A DNA stretch of 15,599 nt from a virus: positions 1-15,599 of the IMG/VR virus record IMGVR_UViG_3300037175_000342, one strand, 5' to 3'. The translations under genes were made by a program, and so were the position numbers. Below, piece after piece: positions 13,563-15,599 of this stretch. The notes beneath the pieces were generated by a model. It had not been told where the DNA came from and searched no databases. It saw only the letters and a program-made list of their open reading frames with translations. Positions within the stretch are counted from its first letter, which is position 1; every line of letters starts with the position of its first letter.

Positions 13563-13847
13563 TCAGATTGTAAGCCCCATTTTCTTCATGAGGATCAAAT
13601 CTTCCGTCGTGAATTCTGAACCGGGATACTCGATGCCTTGTTCCGCCAAGATAGCATCCATTGACAATATCTTGACATAGGGTTGGTATCTTTCCATCAA
13701 CTCTGGAAAGTCCTTCCACCGCCGCATGTGGTTTGCCTTAGACATCTGCGCACCGCGCCATGTTGAGCAAACCTTTGTTCCCTCAAGTTTTCTGCGGCTG
13801 AAATGGAGCACAAGGTATTTCGCATCCCCCAAAACAGGCTCTGCCAT
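13563..13847 (-). CDS. hypothetical protein (94 aa)
   Basis: Track ORF. The ATG overlaps the peptidase stop (TAATG). The segment is AT-richer (rows 13601-13720 are 42-52% GC by my count). No family recognised. Confidence 0.55.
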   Translation of the reverse strand: MAEPVLGDAKYLVLHFSRRKLEGTKVCSTWRGAQMSKANHMRRWKDFPELMERYQPYVKILSMDAILAEQGIEYPGSEFTTEDLILMKKMGLTI

Positions 13848-15599
13848 TAGAGTGCTTTCTGCGCCGCCAGCAGCGCGTTGAGATCGACTCCCGAAGGCGT
13901 CTGGCCGGTTTCAGATTCAACCCATGCGGGGGTCGTTACTATGTAGTCTTCATCTGCCAGTTTCAGCGAGAACTCCCAGGTGCCCTTGATCCAGAGGCCC
14001 CATGAGCCAATGTGCCAGCCTGCCCCACCTTGGCCGGCGCGATTGATGCCGTGACCACCCACGATAGGAGAATCCGGAACATAGGTCCAGTTAGACGTGT
14101 CGTCCTCAGCAGATCGCGGGCACTGGATGCCCATCAGCGTCCCGCCGAACAGGTCGCAGGCATACCGTTGCTGTGCGACCGAACCCAGATCGAGCGATGC
14201 CCAGCCAAAAATCTGATGAATGACTTCCTTGCCGTTCTTGTCGAGCAGCGGGATGCCGTGCTTCTTCCAATAGGCCAGCGCGTCGGTCCAGGCGGTGCCC
14301 TGGTCTGTACTTGGGTCTTTGGGGTCGTATCCGGTGATAGCTGAATAGACCTCAACGGTTAGTTGCCTTGTTGGGGTCAACGGGTTGGACGTGTTCGCCG
14401 TCTCTTCCTGCGCGTAGTGCATCATGGCGGCGATAACGCAGTTATGTGATATAATGCCGTCAGACACATACCATCTTGATTCAGATGAAAGGTCGTAAAT
14501 ATGGCCCACAAACTGATCCACTTCAACCTTGACCACGCGATCAAACTCTACGAGTCCGGGAAATCTCTGGCTCAGGTTGCCGACGAGATCGGCATCTGTT
14601 CTTACGCCACCATCGGCAGAAGGATGATCAAAGCTGGCATCAAACTTCGCACGATGGAGCGAGTGGCTAGCTTGCGTCTCACCAAGAGAATGGAAGATGT
14701 CATCGCCCGTGGGGTGGGACGCTACTTGGCAGGCGAGACGATAAATGATCTCTGCGCGGAACTGGGCGTTGGACGGCGACTTTTTCAAAAGGCCGTTATT
14801 ACTGCTGGCTACGAACTGAGAACCCAAGCGAGGTCCTTGGGCTTGCGCTACAACCGAATGAGTCTTTCCGAACGAGCCGCCATCACTACTGCCGCCAACG
14901 CCGCTATGAGGGGCAAGCCTGCTTCTGCGGGACGCATGGCGCAACGCGCCGCCACGAACGAAAGAACGCTCCAACTTGCCAGCCGAGCGGATCTCATCCT
15001 GAGTGTTTGGCTGGCTCAGAGAGGAATCCAGTTCACCGCGCAAAAGGCGCTCGGCCCGTACAACATCGACATTGCCATCGATGAACTCTCCGTCGCCGTG
15101 GAAGTAAACGGGGGATGGCACTACTTTGAGGGGAGAGCGGTCCCTGAGGCGCAACGCAGAGAATACCTCTTCAACCGGGGATGGCGTCTTATTGAAGTCA
15201 AGCTCACCGCGCCGGAGCTTAAGGTTTGGAAGTGGCTGCGCCCCGCGTGTGCCGACAAGGTAGTCGCCCTTCTTAATGAACTTCGCCAAGGCGAACCCGC
15301 TTGGGGTAAGCATTGCGTGCTTGGGGGTGACGGCGAGGTTCTTTCCTGATTCTGTCCAGATGCGAACAATGGGACCGCTATACGAAGCCCTGTACCCGGC
15401 CTGAATCCCCTCGCCGCTGACCGCCGTTCCCTCTACACAGCAATCGCCTAAAGTATCATTACCGAGAATATCCAACTTGTTCGCCGGGACAGCGTATTCC
15501 CAGCCGCGGGGATTGACTGCCGGCCAGGTTGTCGCCTTATCGAGAAAGTCTCCGAAAGCGGGCGTAGTCAGCAGCCGCTTGGGGTCTAGTTTTCCGAGC
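13847..15599 (-). CDS. papain-like (clan CA-like) cysteine peptidase, intein-containing, 5' partial
   Basis: The frame stays open upstream of the track's TTG (15475) to the window edge (LGKLDPKRLLTTPAFGDFLDKATTWPAVNPRGWEYAVPANK-LDILGND...). With the intein removed, the extein reads GNDTLGDC(C)VIAAMMHYAQ, then VGGHGINRAG, then IGSWGLW. These resemble the papain-family Cys, His and (N)SWG motifs. Confidence 0.75.
   Translation of the reverse strand, partial: LGKLDPKRLLTTPAFGDFLDKATTWPAVNPRGWEYAVPANKLDILGNDTLGDCCVEGTAVSGEGIQAGYRASYSGPIVRIWTESGKNLAVTPKHAMLTPSGFALAKFIKKGDYLVGTRGAQPLPNLKLRRGELDFNKTPSPVEEVFSALRLRDRSPLKVVPSPVYFHGDGEFIDGNVDVVRAERLLRGELDSSLSQPNTQDEIRSAGKLERSFVRGGALRHASRRSRLAPHSGVGGSSDGGSFGKTHSVVAQAQGPRLGSQFVASSNNGLLKKSPSNAQFRAEIIYRLACQVASHPTGDDIFHSLGETQASHSLHRAKFDASFDHPSADGGVRTDADLVGNLSQRFPGLVEFDRVVKVEVDQFVGHIYDLSSESRWYVSDGIISHNCVIAAMMHYAQEETANTSNPLTPTRQLTVEVYSAITGYDPKDPSTDQGTAWTDALAYWKKHGIPLLDKNGKEVIHQIFGWASLDLGSVAQQRYACDLFGGTLMGIQCPRSAEDDTSNWTYVPDSPIVGGHGINRAGQGGAGWHIGSWGLWIKGTWEFSLKLADEDYIVTTPAWVESETGQTPSGVDLNALLAAQKAL
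14447..14455 (+). promoter_or_regulatory. extended -10 promoter element TGaTATAAT for the endonuclease gene
   Basis: It is a perfect TG-n-TATAAT, 46 nt upstream of ATG 14501. There is no good -35, which extended -10 promoters tolerate. It is the reverse complement of the intein block G codons ATT ATA TCA (Ile-Ile-Ser). Confidence 0.4.
14501..15349 (+). CDS. free-standing homing-endonuclease-like protein: 2 HTH-like repeats + DUF559/Vsr-like PD-(D/E)xK nuclease domain (282 aa)
   Basis: This is the only credible plus-strand gene. The ATG follows AAAGG (8-nt spacer) and an in-frame stop. There are two repeats: SLAQVADEIGICSYATIGRRMIKAGIKLRT and TINDLCAELGVGRRLFQKAVITAGYELRT. The C-terminal LILSVWLAQRGIQFTAQKALGPYNIDIAIDELSVAVEVNGGWHY...AQRREYLFNRGWRLIEVK follows the DUF559 pattern (f..Q..ig.y.vDf...iaiEvDG..H...R...L...Gw.vlR). 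EVNG replaces the usual E.DG. The gene lies wholly inside the intein. Confidence 0.75.
   Translation: MAHKLIHFNLDHAIKLYESGKSLAQVADEIGICSYATIGRRMIKAGIKLRTMERVASLRLTKRMEDVIARGVGRYLAGETINDLCAELGVGRRLFQKAVITAGYELRTQARSLGLRYNRMSLSERAAITTAANAAMRGKPASAGRMAQRAATNERTLQLASRADLILSVWLAQRGIQFTAQKALGPYNIDIAIDELSVAVEVNGGWHYFEGRAVPEAQRREYLFNRGWRLIEVKLTAPELKVWKWLRPACADKVVALLNELRQGEPAWGKHCVLGGDGEVLS

Larger units (their letters stand above)
14441..15442 (-). mobile_element. intein (333-334 aa) inserted at the peptidase nucleophile Cys
   Basis: Block A is C-CVEGTAV (same spacing as Mtu RecA CLAEGTRI if the intein starts at Cys12, nt 15442, or one codon later at 15439). Block B is LAVTPKHAML (TxxH). Blocks F/G are VGHIYDLSSESRWYVSDGIISHN followed by Cys+1 (14440..14438). 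The ~210 aa between the splicing halves are Ser/Gly/Arg-rich with no in-frame endonuclease motif. Confidence 0.8.

Noticed and set aside
13661-13700. Tandem TTGACA hexamers on the plus strand (TTGACAatatcTTGACA) resembling -35 boxes.
   Set aside because: There is only a poor -10 (TGGTAT) at 17 nt. They lie inside the minus-strand 94-aa gene, and no plus-strand gene follows for ~800 nt.
15061-15100. A LAGLIDADG-like string (GEFIDGNVDV) in the minus-strand intein linker, which could have meant an in-frame homing endonuclease.
   Set aside because: There is a single degenerate copy with no second motif and no surrounding domain-like sequence. It is the antisense image of the plus-strand nuclease motif YNIDIAIDEL, because Asp and Ile/Val codons are mutual reverse complements.
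15121-15369. Minus-strand ORF 15121..15369 and other small off-frame ORFs within the intein region (14012..14344 +, 14134..14355 -).
   Set aside because: They are off-frame overlaps with junk-like translations and no start signals.

Overview
High-GC tailed-phage or prophage late region. All supported genes but one sit on the minus strand, with AGGAG-type RBSs and frequent stop/start overlaps (ATGA, GTGA, TTGA, TAATG). Reading from high to low coordinates: (1) a 5'-truncated papain-like cysteine peptidase interrupted by an intein. (2) A partly AT-richer accessory block: a 94-aa protein, a frameshifted signal-peptide protein, a DUF3307 membrane protein, an 89-aa membrane-anchored protein, a weakly GH108-like 91-aa protein and a Cys-rich protein. 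(3) A lambda-R-type (GH104) endolysin. (4) A head module: 852-aa portal-like, 261-aa, 569-aa scaffold-like and 434-aa capsid-like genes, then a terminator, then 225-, 411-, 245- and 67-aa proteins. I saw no terminase, integrase, canonical tRNA, rRNA or CRISPR array. Apart from the endolysin, intein, nuclease, peptidase fold and DUF3307, functional names rest on position and size only. The single plus-strand gene (14501..15349) is the main result. It is a DUF559/Vsr-like PD-(D/E)xK endonuclease with HTH repeats, nested antisense and codon-aligned inside the intein. The intein frame itself stays open but reads as low-complexity linker there, so this looks like an intein whose homing endonuclease gene is inverted. 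Second result: spacers between virion genes, and two in-ORF sites, consist of phased 7-nt arrays, (C/U)AG-N4 or CUG-N4 on the sense RNA. Smaller items are a tRNA-like cloverleaf plus hairpin upstream of the DUF3307 gene, a homopolymer frameshift in a secreted-protein gene, a 300-nt leader before the capsid-like gene and a terminator placed just before the endolysin gene. All family assignments come from reading motifs by eye and need profile searches.
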